64,000 nucleotides of DNA from Balanoglossus misakiensis (Eukaryota > Animalia > Hemichordata). This document shows positions 47,940 through 61,455 of this stretch, piece after piece. Every line of letters begins with the position of its first letter. Position 1 is the first letter of the stretch. The notes below the pieces were generated by a model that made no database searches, was not told the DNA's origin, and was given only the letters and a program-made list of their open reading frames with translations. Made by a program: the position numbers and the translations under genes. The stretch lies in contig CM082577.2 of NCBI GenBank assembly GCA_040954595.2, forward strand, positions 16,561,903 through 16,625,902, given 5' to 3'.

Positions 47940-50900
47940 AATGTTCCACAATGTAAAGCATTTTGTACCTAGTAGTTGCATCTTACTTTCTGAAATGACA
48001 TCCAGACATCTGTAGTGGACTTGCATTCTCATCCATGGCATCATTGAGGTACAGGCATCTCTGCAGGATCTCAGTTGGTGGACATCATCTTCAGTTCCTT
48101 GTCCTCTCCAATCAATAAAAAATAATACATTTCTATTTTAAATGATGTGATACGAGACATGTTAATAACTTTACTTCTGCATTTATTCATTAGACATTGC
48201 AATTGTAATTGGTACAACTGCATTTATTCATTAGACATTGCAATTGTAATTGGTACAACTGCATTTATTCATTAGACGTGGCAATTGTAATTGGTACAAC
48301 TGCATTTATTCATTAGACGTGGCAATTGTAATTGGTACAACTGCATTTATTCATTAGACGTGGCAATTGTAATTGGTACAACTGCATTTATTCATTAGAC
48401 ATGGCAACTGTAATTGGTACAACCAAGAATGGAATGCTCCAAGCTTTCTATTTCAGTGCCTGTATTGGATTTCAATGTCTCTATTTCCACGCATTTTCTA
48501 CAGAAAAATAGCCATGTTTATAAAATGTAATACATTCTCTACCTTTAGAAGGTGCATCTTACTTTCTGAAATGGCATCCAGGCATCTGTGGAGGGCTTGC
48601 ATTCTCATCCATGGCATCATTGAAGCACAGGCATCTCAGCAGGATCTCAGCGGTTGAACATCATCTTCAGTTCTCTGACCTGTGCAATCAATGTAGACTG
48701 ATACATTTCTATTTTAAATATTGTGTTACGAGATATGAAAATAAGTTTACTTCTGCATTTATTTATTAGACATAGCAATAATTGGTAAAACCTCGAATCA
48801 AATGATTCACTCATGGATTGCATACATTACCTGTAAGCTTTCCATTTCATTGGCTATATTGGATCTCCATGTCTTTATTTGCTTACATCAAACAGAAACA
48901 TAGCCATGTTCCACAATAGTTTTCCACAATATAATGCATGTTATACCTTGAGAAGGTGAATCTTACTTTCTGAAATGGCATCCAGGCACCTGTTATGGGC
49001 TTGCATTCTCATCCATGGCATCATTGAGGTACAGGCATCTCAGCAGGATCTTAGCTGGTGGACATCATCTTCAGTTCTCTGACCTGTGCAATCAATGAAA
49101 ACTGATACAATGCCATTTTAATTATTGTTTTACGAGACATGTAAATAAGTTTACTTCTGCATTATATTCCTCAGGCATAGCAATGATTATGATTGGCAAA
49201 ACCAGGAATAGAGTGTTTCACTTATTGATTGCATCCAATACATGTAAGCTTTCCATTTCATTGCCAGTATTTTATCTCAATGTTTTTATTTCCACTCATT
49301 TCGTACAGAAACAAAGCCAGGTTTTGAAATAGTTTTCCACAATATAATGCATTATCTACCTTTAGAAGGTGCATCTTACTTTCTGAAATGGCATCCAGGC
49401 ACCTGTTATGGGCTTGCATTCTCATCCATGGCACAAGCATCTCAGCAGGATCTCAGCTGGTGGACATCATCTTCAGTTCCTTGTCCTCTGCAATCAATGA
49501 AAACTAATATATTTCTATTTTAATTACTGTTTTACGTGATATATACCGGTATCTATATATACAAGTTTATCGCATTATATTCCTTAGACATAGCAATCAT
49601 TGGTACAACCAAGAATCAAAAGCTTCACTCACAGATTGCATCCAAAACCTGTAAGCTTTCCATTTCATTGCCTGTATTAGATCTCCATGTTTTCATTTGA
49701 GCACATTTCGTACAGAAACATAGCCCTGTTTCACAATAATTTTCCACAATGTAAAGCATTTTGTACCTTCAGAAGGTGCATCTTACTTTCTTAAATGGCA
49801 TCCAGGCATCATTGAGGCACAGGCATCTCTGCAGGATCTCAGCTGGTGGATCCCATCTTCAGTTCCTTGTCCTCTGCAATCAATAAAAACTGATATATTT
49901 CTTTTTTAAATATTGTGTTACGGCACATTTAAATAACTTTACTTCTGAATGTATTCATTGGCCATGGCCATCATAATTGGTACAAGAATTGAATGCTTTA
50001 CACTAATAGATAGCATCCAATACCTGTAACCTTTAAATTCATTGACTGTTTTGGATTTCAATGTTTTCATTTGCATACATTTTGTACAGAAACATAGCCA
50101 TGTTTTGAAATAGTATTCCACAATATAATGCATTTTGAACCTTTAGTAGTTGCATCTTACTTTCTGAAATGACATCCAGACATCTGTAGTGGACTTGCAT
50201 TCTCATCCATGGCATCATTTAGGTACAGGCATCTCAGCAGGATCTTAGCTGGTGGACATCATCTTCAGTTCTCTGACCTGTGCAATCAATGAAAACTAAT
50301 ACCAGTACATTTCTATAATAATTACTGTTTTATGAGATGTATAAATAAGTTTACTTCTGCATTATATTCAATAGACATAGCAATGATTGGCACAACCAAG
50401 AATCGAATGCTTCACTCATAGATTGCAGCAAAAATCTGTACGCTTTCTATTTCATTGGCTGTATTGGATCTCTATGTCTTTATTTGAATACATTTTGCAC
50501 AGAAACATAGCCATGTTTTGAAATAGTGTTCCACAATATAATGCATTTTGTACCTTTAGAAGGTGAATCTTACTTTCTGAAATGCCATCCAGGCATCTGT
50601 GGAGGGCTTGCATTCTCATCCATGGCATCATTGAAGCACAGGCATCTCAGCAGGATCTCAGCTGGCGGACATCATCTTCAGTTCCTTCCCCTGTGCAATC
50701 AATAAAAAATAATACACTTCTATTTTAAACATTGTTTTACCAGACATGTATATAACTTTACTTCTGCATTTATTCATTAGACATAGCAATCATTGGTACA
50801 ACCAAGAATGGAATGTTTCACTTATTGATTTTATCCAATACCTGTAAGCTTTCTATTTCATTTGCTGTATTGGATCTCAATGTTTTCATTAAAAAACATT

Positions 50901-51090
50901 TCACAGAGTAACATAGTTTGTGACAGAAGGTTTATGTGTAAATTCTATGTCCATATTTGAGTAAAGTAGAATATTTCGTTCTGACCACAATTACCTGGTA
51001 TGATAATTGCAGTATCTATAATCTCTGGGTGGGCGTCTTCTGTCAGCTTCTGGACTGTTAGTACATATTCCATCTTCAGTTTCTTGATAT
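47940..51090 (-). ncRNA. Array of 7 tandemly duplicated ~410-bp exon-intron units (candidate spliced lncRNA or decayed gene)
   Basis: Exon-like blocks 50574-50690, 50161-50277, 49787-49871, 49380-49485, 48967-49083, 48563-48679 and 47987-48103 each end AAA|gtaaga and follow gattgcacag, ttgcagag or ttggagag. A related 96-nt exon lies at 50995-51090 (ttgcag|...|gtaa). No frame stays open across the copies. Confidence 0.5.
48176..48422. repeat. 41-bp minisatellite, 6 copies, inside one unit of the exon array
   Basis: ctgcatttattcattagac..gcaattgtaattggtacaa repeated. Confidence 0.95.
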
Positions 51091-52044
51091 CTGCAACTAA
51101 TGACAAAATAATAATAGTGCCCATAAAATGGAATTGGTTACTTTAAATATTTTCTACTTACAATAAGTAATTACTCTACATTCTCACCATTGTTGTGTTT
51201 TCTGCATTGCTCCAATAAAGTTATTTATGCCGAAAAACTATTAAAACTATTATGACCAAAATAAAACCCTCATCAACATCCAAAGTTCATACTAGTCACA
51301 CAATATGAAGAAAAAAGAACTTATCCCCTAGTACCGCCATATTAAATAATAATTACCACCTCTATTCTGGGGATTATCATAAACTAAGCTTTGTAGTTAC
51401 TACCCTAACTTTTAATAGTCATCAAATTCTGCAAACACAGAAAATTAAAATTATACATCTTACAAAAAATGGGCAGGACTTATTCTATATAACCAATTAT
51501 TGGACTAATTTACCTACCAATGTTACACATACTTAATACAAGATTCACAGATTTGCAGTTACAAGGGTGACAAATTTCAATTAGATGCCAGAGTTTTTTC
51601 AACAAATCTTGACATCATCTTGCTTTTGTCTGCTACATCTTTAATTCATGGGAAAATCAAGTCTGCAAATTTAATAACTATGATCACTGAATTGAACTCT
51701 GAAAGACAAGTTTGTCTTCCAAACTCATCATGACACTGCACCTAATATTACACATATTAAATAATAAATGAAATAGGATCAAATAAATGACATTACATAA
51801 AGATCCTAATTAAAGAATTAAATAAAGTCTGGTTGGCAGAGGTCCTGTTTAAGCAAAAAGTATGCGTATTTGACGCCAAAAATCCTCACTTGACGCGGAA
51901 ATCTTAATCAGTGTTAATATTGACGCACGGGAAACGGGTGATGTAGACGCATACTGCTGACTATCCCCCGGGATCAAAATAATCACTTGAGCGCGAAAAC
52001 TTGTACTCAAAATGTAGCTAATTGTGTTCAATGAATATTAAACC

Positions 52045-53490
52045 CCCATCATTATAATCATCACTACCATCATTATCATTATCATCACCATAATTACAAC
52101 CAAAGTCATTATTATAATGATCACCACCACCACCACCATCATTATTATCACCATCATCACCAGTTTTTTAAAAAGTTATCATCATCATCCTAATCATCAT
52201 CATCAACATCATAATCATTACCATCAAAATGTTTGTATAACCAATTAGTCATCATAATCATCTTTATTATGACCACCATCATCATTATTTCATCATCATC
52301 ATCATCATCATTATCACCGTTATTATAACCAAAGTCATCATTATCACCACCACCATCATTACCACCATCAGCATATTATCATTATCATCAAGGTTATTTT
52401 AAGCAGTCATCATTATCACCACCATCATTATTATCATAATTACTATCATCATTATTGTCATCACCATCATCACTGTAATTATAACCAAAGTCATCACTTT
52501 CACCACCATCATTATCACCATCACCATATTATCATTATCATCACAGTTATTATAAGCAGTTATCACATCATCATCACCACCACCATCATCACTACTACGA
52601 TCATCATTACTGTTATTTTAAATAATATTCATTATCACCATCATCATCACTACCATCAATATTATAATCATCATCACTGTTTTTTTACCAATTCATTAGT
52701 ATCATTATCACAACATCATCATAATTATCATCCCCATTACCATCATCATTATTGTTATTATAACCACTGTAATTATAATCATCATCATCACCATAATTAA
52801 CAATTAAGTCATTATCACCACTATCATCATTTTCATCATTACCATCATTATTGTCATCATCATTATTATATGATCATCCCCACTATACTTGTTATCATCA
52901 TGATGATCACTGTAATTAAAACCAAAGTCATCATCATCACGACCACCACCATCATTATCACTATCATCATATTATCATCATCATCACAGGTTTTATAAGC
53001 AGTTATCATTATTATCATATTCATTACCACCATCATCACTACCATCATCATTAACACTGTAATTATAAAATAGTATTTATTATCATCACCATCACCACCA
53101 TCATCACTACCATCAATATTATAATCATCATCACTGTTTTTATTACCAAAGTCATAGGTATCATCATTATTACCACATAATAATTATCATTACCATTACC
53201 ATCATCATTAATGTCATTATCACCACTATAATTATCATCATCATCATCATCATCATCACTATATTTATCATCATTATGATCGCTGTAATTAAAGCCAAAG
53301 TCGTTATCATCATTATCACCGCCATCATTATTTTCATCATGACCATCATCACTGTCATCATTATCACCACTATAATTATTATCATCATTATCATCACATC
53401 ATCATCACCACCATCATTATTATCATCATCACCATTATTATAAGAAATGTCATCATCATCATCATTATCATAATCATCACCACCATTAAT

Positions 53491-53554
<64 letters not shown>

Positions 53555-53926
53555 GTATTATCACCTTCATCACCACCATCATCATCCTTATTTATTATAA
53601 CATCACCATTATCACCATTATAATAACTAGTTATCATCACCATCACCATCATCACTATTAGGTATGATCATCACTGTTGTTATAACCAAAATCATTACCA
53701 TCATAATCACTTTTTTTATAACCAAAGTCATCATATTCACCACCATCATCATTATTATCATCATTATTACCATTATCATTATTGTCATTATCCCTATGAT
53801 AATTAAAATCATCATTCATCATCAGCTTTATTAAAACCAATGTCATCATTATTATCATTATCACTAACACCATCATCAATACCATCATTATTACTATTAT
53901 TATCATCACCATAATTAAAACAAGTT

Positions 53927-53957
<31 letters not shown>

Positions 53958-54285
53958 CCATCATCAGCACTACCATCATTATTATTACTATCATCACTGT
54001 TATTATAACAAAAGTCATCATTATCACCACCACCACCACCATCAACACCATCATTATTACTAGCATTATTATCACCATTATTGTAATCAGTTATCATTAT
54101 CATCATCATTATCATCATTGTAATTAAAACCAAAGTCATCATTATCATCATTAACACCATCATCACCATTATTACCACCAACACTATCATTACTATAATC
54201 ATTATCCACTATCATCATCATCATAATCATCATTCGTGTAATTATCATCACCATCGCCATCATCATAATTATTATAATTGTCATT
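52045..54285. repeat. 2.2-kb degenerate (CAT/CAC/TAT)n trinucleotide tract
   Basis: Read directly; the spacer ttataaccaaagtc recurs; it explains the poly-M/D ORFs. Confidence 0.97.
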
Positions 54286-54379
54286 CCCCAGCAGTGACCG
54301 GTATACTGGGTTGCAAAGATTAGACTACATATTTACTGTGGTGCACACACAGTAATTACCTACATGATTACAAAAGTTA

Positions 54380-57300
54380 AAATATAGCTGTGAACAGCAA
54401 TAAGCGGGTTTCGAGACACTTTTAGCCCTATTGGTTCGCCTGGAGATAGATTTGTGCATATTTAATTACTGCATTAGTTGTTCTATCACTCCAAATGCCA
54501 AGGGTGTATGTGCTGTGGATGCTGAGATGTGGAAAAGTAGGTCAAAGGTCACGTGAGGTCACGCTTAATATGAGCAGAAAATGTTTACCCTATACTGGTC
54601 CATGTCAAACAAAAACCAGACCTGTAGCCCTACTGGTTTGCCTGGAATTAGGTATGCACATAATTAATGAGTTAGGCAGGTGTCACAGGTGACTCTAAAA
54701 TTTGGCTTCTTATTTTGGTCCCGACCACCCAAACACCTAAGCTGTACCTGCTCTGGATGCCGAGATATGTGAAAGTAGGTCAAAGGTCACCCAAGGACAT
54801 CCAAAGTTTGGGAAAAAAAATTGTCCCCATACTGGTCCATGGCGACAAAAACCAGACCTGTAGCCCTATTGGTTTGCCTGGAATTAGGTATGCACATAGT
54901 TAATGAGTTAAGCAGGTGTCACAGGTGAGCCTTAAATTTGGCTTCTTATTTTGGTCCCATCCACCCAAACACCTAAGCTGTACCTGCTCTGGATGCTGAG
55001 GTATGCGAAAGTAGGTCAAAGGTCACCAAAGGTCACCCAAAATTTGGGGGGAAAATTTGACCCCATACTGGTCTATGTCCGACAAAAACCAGACCTGTAG
55101 CCCTATTGGTTTGCCTGGAATTAGGTATGCACATAGTTAATGAGTTAAGCAGGTGTCACAGGTGAGCCTTAAATTTGGCTTCTTATTTTGGTCCCATCCA
55201 CCCAAACACCTAAGCTGTATCTGCTCTGGATGCTGAGATATGCGAAAGTAGGTCAAAGGTCACCCAAGGTCACCCAAAATTTGGGGAAAAAATTTGACCC
55301 CATACTGGTCCATGTCCGACAAAAACCAGACCTGTAGCCCTATTGGTTTGCCTGGAATTAGGTATGCACATAATTAATGAGTTGAGCAGGTGTCACAGGT
55401 GAGCCTTAAATTTGGCTTCTTATTTTGGTCCCATCCACCCAAACACCTGAGCTGTACCTGCTCTGGATGCTGAGATATGCGAAAGTAGGTCAAAGGTCAC
55501 CCAAGGTCACCCAAAATTTGGGGAAAAATTTGACCCCATACTGGTCCATGTCCGACAAAAACCAGACCTGTAGCCCTATTGGTTTGCCTGGAATTAGGTA
55601 TGCACATAATTAATGAGTTGAGCAGGTGTCACAGGTGAGCCTTAAATTTGGCTTCTTATTTTGGTCCTATGCTGCAGACTATTGTACCGACCAGAATTCT
55701 ACAAAACTATGTGGCCATAGGTTAAGTATAGTGGAATAAGTATAGGTATAGATTTCATAAAAAAATTAATATAAAAAAATCGGTCAATTTTCCATATTAT
55801 TTTTTCCAGTTGGAACTGATTGTCGGAAGGTAGGCTAGCTGCACACAAAATTTGAAGCTGATCAGCCCAGCGGATGTTGAGATATTGGGCATAAATCTAA
55901 AATCCTAGGGGGCCATTGCTTAACCATGGAAAGTATAGGCCAATGGCTGGGTCCAATGGTCATGGAAAATATGAAAAATAATGCTTTAAAAATCATCTCC
56001 TCAAAATCGGCAAGGACTTAGACATTGAAATTTGGCATATAGGACCCTGGCCATATGGTCCACAAAGTTTCTGAACAGAATTTGGATTCTTCATTTTTTA
56101 TGCAAATTAGACCAATTTAAAAGTTTAAATCCAAGATGGCTGCCAGGTCATGTGACCTGTTGCCATAGTGACATGATCAAAAAATTACTTGCTTTGAGTT
56201 TTACCTATGAGCCAAATTTCAAGTCATTGGGTGCAACGGTCTTCGAATAGCGGCTGTTTTTAAAAGTGGGAAGAATAATAATTAAATAAAGAATTATATA
56301 AAAATAATAATTTTAATAATAATAGGTCCGATTTCCACAAAAAATTCACCATAGGGGTATCTTGGCTCGAAAAGAACAAAAATGATATCCGTTTAGTGAT
56401 CCCATGTTTCTATGGCAACCATTTTTGGGCTGAAATTATGCTTTTTGTGCTAAGAGAGGGTATCACAAGTCACTTTAAATAATAATAGGTTGGATTTGAA
56501 CACAAAATCGCACTGGCAGTATTTTTGGTCACAAAGGAAACATTTGTGGTTTATTTTCCGAATGCACATTTATAAGTTGGTGAAATTTGACTTTTCTTTC
56601 AAGACAGAGGAACTGCACATGTGCAGAACAACTGGCAATGCAGCCTGCCGATTTCCACAGTTTCACTACAAAAAATCACAAGATACAATAGTATCGCTGG
56701 GGAATCCAATCAATCGATTGTTCACGCATATTTCCTGACTGTCGACCAGTTTTAAAACATAAATCCATTGGTATTGCATAAACGTTTACCGTCTATCTGT
56801 TGTTGTATGGTTATCGAAGGAAGGCAGTTACAGGACACACTCGTAGAAGTACACACTTTTTGAGTGTTGACGGCGAGTCTGTTAAATTTGGCAGTTCAGC
56901 GTGACTTCAACACTAAATAGACAACTAGCAGAAAACCCTGCAAACTTCTAAATTTCTGGAAATGTTTTATTTGGTATGGTTATGAAATAATTTTCGTTTA
57001 GGAAGAATCAAATCTCAGTGACGCACGATACCTTCTGATGAATGCGAAGACCTGTCAGCTGACACGCAAATGCAGTCAAAACATAAAATTGAAAACGAAA
57101 CCGCGAGATGCCTCGTGTGTCTGTCCTGTCACCTCGTCTGAGAAAACAATAAAATTCCCGAGAAATAATAACACGAAATCCAAAGTATCGTGATAACATT
57201 TCTTCATTTCTCCGATTTTATTTTGCTGCCGTGTAAACATTGCGTCCGTTTGACACCGACACAAACGTAGCATAACTCAGAGGTCAATTCTTCGATTAAA

Positions 57301-57845
57301 ATCAATGATTTAAACACTAACCTTCCTGTTCCACGATATCTGCAGTTTCTATGGCGCTCAAATCTCACGATATGTGCAATTCTTAAGCCAACTGGGGTAT
57401 TATTCCTGTCGTTTTAGCCACGAAAACTGGGCAGACGACACAACGCGAAACAGCTCGTTCACACTCAGTTGACATCGCGTGATTTCAGAGCGCGCGCAAA
57501 CATACGAAAAATTGCTACAATGTTGTACGTAAATAAACTCGGTTCCAACTCGCGTTGGGTTTCGAGCGAAGTTTTGTACCTCAGATCTGTCGTACACACG
57601 CTACTCGACTCACCGGGTAACAAGGTTTTAAATAGTGTTTAACAATACCCGAGGTCTTTTTGTGAATATTAGGTAGAAAATCTCCAACCGAAAGCGTTGA
57701 AACGTCGTCTGCAATTTTAGATACATAGGCCACTTTGAAAAATGTTGTCTTTATGAATCTGAAGTATCACGAATGATTGTACAGGAAATCCACCCGTGCT
57801 TATTAAATTGATAGATTGTTTATATAATTCTTTAAACCCCTTAAC

Positions 57846-57885
<40 letters not shown>

Positions 57886-57935
57886 CAACACGATTTCAAG
57901 AGGGTTTCGAGACCCCTCTGGTCTCGAAACCCTAA
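54380..57935 (-). mobile_element. Helentron/DINE-like composite element with five ~237-bp tandem repeats (54425-55665)
   Basis: On the minus strand: 5' attagggtttcgagac..tctcgaaaccct followed by (TTA)n; 3' tctcgaaaccc..gctgttcacagc tatatttt. aggtcaaaggtca at 54539, 54777, 55013, 55250 and 55487. Body homologous to 30800-31860. Confidence 0.72.
56290..57831. mobile_element. Probable 1.5-kb TIR element nested in the Helentron-like copy
   Basis: ataa|agaattatataaa ... tttatataattct|ttaa; it splits the (TAA)n tract of the host element. Confidence 0.5.
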
Positions 57936-58809
57936 TTACATATTGAGTACATTTACTCTCATTTACATGTGGACAACAACTTAGGCATTGTCATTTAGAA
58001 GTGGCTTAGATGTCATGCGAACAACAAAATTCGTATTTTATACAAAAGTATTTTCAAGGATGTGTGTCAGTGTACCACTCAGCAGCACAAAACAGGTACA
58101 AAAATAAAATGACCAGATATGTTTTAAGCAAAACTATACTCTTTATAAGAGGTTATCCCAGTCGGTTTATTTATTTTAATTTACGACAAGTTACACAATG
58201 CAATAGATCAAATATTAATTAGACAACGGGAGGACAATGCTTTACACCATGATAATGCACAATTTATGACACAGAAATTCATTGTGTTTGTTTATTTATT
58301 GCACTTACTTTGTTTAAGCCTAATTTATTTCTTGCATTAATAACTATTTGTAAAATTTCTTATTTTTCATTTGTGTACTATTAGATGCAGTGCACTAGAA
58401 TCATTAGAAGACCTACACATCTCAGGGTTTTAAACTTGTAATTTTGGTTATTTCTAACTTTTTTCTCTATACAATTGTGTCTGACCAACAATTGGCTATA
58501 TACAGCATTCAATTTGGATGAAATATAATTTTTAAAAATTTATGTTTGCAGAATTTTCAGACATTCAGCAGCTACCATAATGAATAACCCAGTCCCCCCC
58601 CCCCACTGTTGTTATTCCTTTTATAATGCTCCAAGTCAGATTACCATTATTACTTACTAACACTTAATCAGGGGACCACTGTTATGAGGTTTCCTTATGC
58701 ATAAGAAAATCTTAACCTACACAATTTTTTGCTTAATTACTATACAAATATAAAATGGTAGAGCAATAATAGAAAAAAACTTCCCCTGTTTCATGCCCAC
58801 TCGTCCATG

Positions 58810-59860
58810 TCCACAGGTTGGATGATCACTTGTCTATTCCAAATCCACTGATTTTATGGTCACTTGTCTATTCCAGATCCACAGTTTTGATGGTCAATTG
58901 TCTATTCCAGATCCACAGTTTTTATGGTCACTTGTCTATTCCAGATCCACAGTTTTGATGGTCAATTGTTTATTCCAGATCCACAGTTTTGATGGTCAAT
59001 TGTCTATTCCAGATCCACCGATTTTATGGTCACTTGTCTATTCCAGATCCACAGTTTTGATGGTCAATTGTCTATTCCAGATCCACAGTTTTTATGGTCA
59101 CTTGTCTATTCCAGATCCACAGTTTTGATGGTCAATTGTTTATTCCAGATCCACAGTTTTTATGGTAACTTGTCTATTCCAGATCCACAGTTTTGATGGT
59201 CAATTGTCTATTCCAAATCCAGTTTTTATGGTCACTTGTCTATTCCAGGTCCACAGTTTTGATGGTCAATTGTCTATTCCAGATCCACAGTTTTTTTGGT
59301 CACTTGTCTTTTCCAGATCCACAGTTTTGATGGTCAATTGTCTATTCCAGATCCACAGTGTTTATGGTCACTTGTCTATTCCAGATCCACAGTTTTGATG
59401 GTCAGTTGTCTATTCCAGATCCACAGTTTTGATGGTCAATTGTTTATTCCAGATCCACAGTTTTTATGGTCACTTGTCTTTTCCAAATCCACAGTTTTGA
59501 TGGTCAATTGTCTATTCCAGATCCACAGCTTTTATGGTCACTTGTCTTTTCCAGATCCACAGTTTTGATGGTCAATTGTCTATTCCAGATCCACAGTTTT
59601 TATGGTCACTTGTCTATTCCAGATCCACAGTTTTGATGGTCAATTGTCTATTCCAGATCCACAGGTTTTATGGTCACTTGTCTATTCCAGGTCCACAGTT
59701 TTGATGGTCAATTGTCTATTCCAGATCCACAGGTTTTATGGTCACTTGTCTCTTCCAGGTCCACAGTTTTGATGGTCAATTGTCTATTCCAGATCCACAG
59801 GTTTTATGGTCACTTGTCTATTCCAGGTCCACAGTTTTGATGGTCACTAATATATTCCAG
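58810..59860. repeat. 34-bp minisatellite, ~30 copies, mostly two alternating variants
   Basis: tattccagatccacagttttgatggtcaattgtc alternates with tattccagatccacagtttttatggtcacttgtc. Confidence 0.97.
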
Positions 59861-61327
59861 GTTGCAGTCTTCACCTATTTAATGTCAAGCGCATCTGTTT
59901 CAGGTTCAGCCTTCAATTCACTCTGTTACATTGCTTCATTTCTATGTGGATAAAATACACGAAAGCATCAAGAATAAATCTCAAATTGTAACCACAATGT
60001 GTACTTTTCTACAGAATGCTTGGTGACGGCAAGTTATTGTCAATGTAACAGTGTTCTCCACAGGAACATTTAAGAGGGTGGCACACCCCAAATAAAATTT
60101 CCAAGTGTCCTCTTAAGATTTACACCTTGCACACCTCTCTATTTGCTCCACTGTTCCCTTAAAGTTTTCTTGTCTGCATAGCTGTGTTCTTTGTGAATGA
60201 CTGTTTTGTTTATGTGAATAAGCATATGGTCTGCCTAAGAGAACATTAACCCTTATGTTGCCAAGTTGGTTGAAACTGGTTTGATTTCCAGCAGGGTGCC
60301 TAGAATCCTGGCACACAGGCCCGTTTGGCTACCAGGTGTGTGTTACTCAGTAGAACCTAAACAATACCCTCAAAGCCAAACCAGTCCAAACCAATACGGC
60401 TTGGTGCATTTTACAGGGGTTTAAACTGCAAAGGTTGTCTAATTACATTATAATATGTATGTGAGCCATGCCAAAACGTTCAGCATAGGTTAAGGAAGAA
60501 AAAATGGCACATACATATTTTAATGGACTTGACATCCTAAACAGGTATGACACCCATTAGTTAAAGGGACAAAGTCTCTCTTTTTTCATGTCAAAATCCA
60601 TAAAGTATGTACTCCAAATCAATAAGTAATTCATAATGATGATCACACATGGCTTGACGAATACTGTGAACCAAGTTTTTGCCCTTTATGCTCAGACATT
60701 ATTTACATCTGGCCATAGGCACAATCTGAACCAGCAGCCAGTTTGAACCAGACTCATCGGCTAGAAGTGTAAAAGGTGAGAAGACTCAAATTTAGCAGTA
60801 AAGTTTTACTCCATTAAAGGTCCTACTGGTATAATACATGTACCAGTATACATATGACAAATGGGACCTAAAAATAAAACAAAGTCTCAATAAAGTACAT
60901 ACACACCAATTTTCAAAGAAATCTGACTAGTAGTACTTGAGTTACGGAGTTTAGACCATTTTCACATTTTTCCAGGTCATTTGCATATTTTTGGCAATGA
61001 CAACTTGATTTAAACAAAATCCCATTAACAGCCCAGCCTGCACTAGTAGGTACACATAAAAAATTTTGAAAAGCAGAAACCTGGGTATGTTGCGGTACTA
61101 TAAATATGAGGAGAAGAACAAAAAATTGTAGTTGGTATACAAAACAAAAATGCTGAAAACAAAGTTGCACTTTCCTAAGAATTTTGTCGGTTTTGTATAA
61201 TTTATAGCCTTAGTAAATAGTTCAAGAAATTGAGATTATGTTTGTGTCTATTGGAATATTTATATGTGGTGTTCATTTTAAATTGGTCTTGTGTGAGCTA
61301 AGTGTCTGTATGTATGGATGTATAGAG

Positions 61328-61455
61328 TAGCTGCAGTTCAGTAGCTCTAGGTTTTGCCTGTTGGTTTGTGTTACTAGTGGATGGCAAAACCTCTAACAAG
61401 TAAAGCAAAACTCCCAACAGGCAAAACTCAGCCTACAGCTACTGGAACTGCAGCT
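61328..61455. repeat. Imperfect palindrome (MITE-like relic)
   Basis: agctgcagttcagtagct..gttttgcctgttgg pairs with ccaacaggcaaaac..agctactggaactgcagct. Confidence 0.55.

Noticed and set aside
47987-50690. Selenoprotein reading of the repeated exon (in-frame C-TGA-D-A-C, resembling UxxC)
   Set aside because: TGA alternates with AGA rather than a Cys codon, one copy has an in-frame TAA, two copies have non-triplet deletions, and I saw no SECIS.
52866-54284. Poly-Met/Asp/Ile ORFs
   Set aside because: Translations of the trinucleotide tract.
58810-59860. CRISPR-like appearance and repeated ORFs
   Set aside because: Contiguous tandem units with no unique spacers, eukaryotic context and no cas genes.
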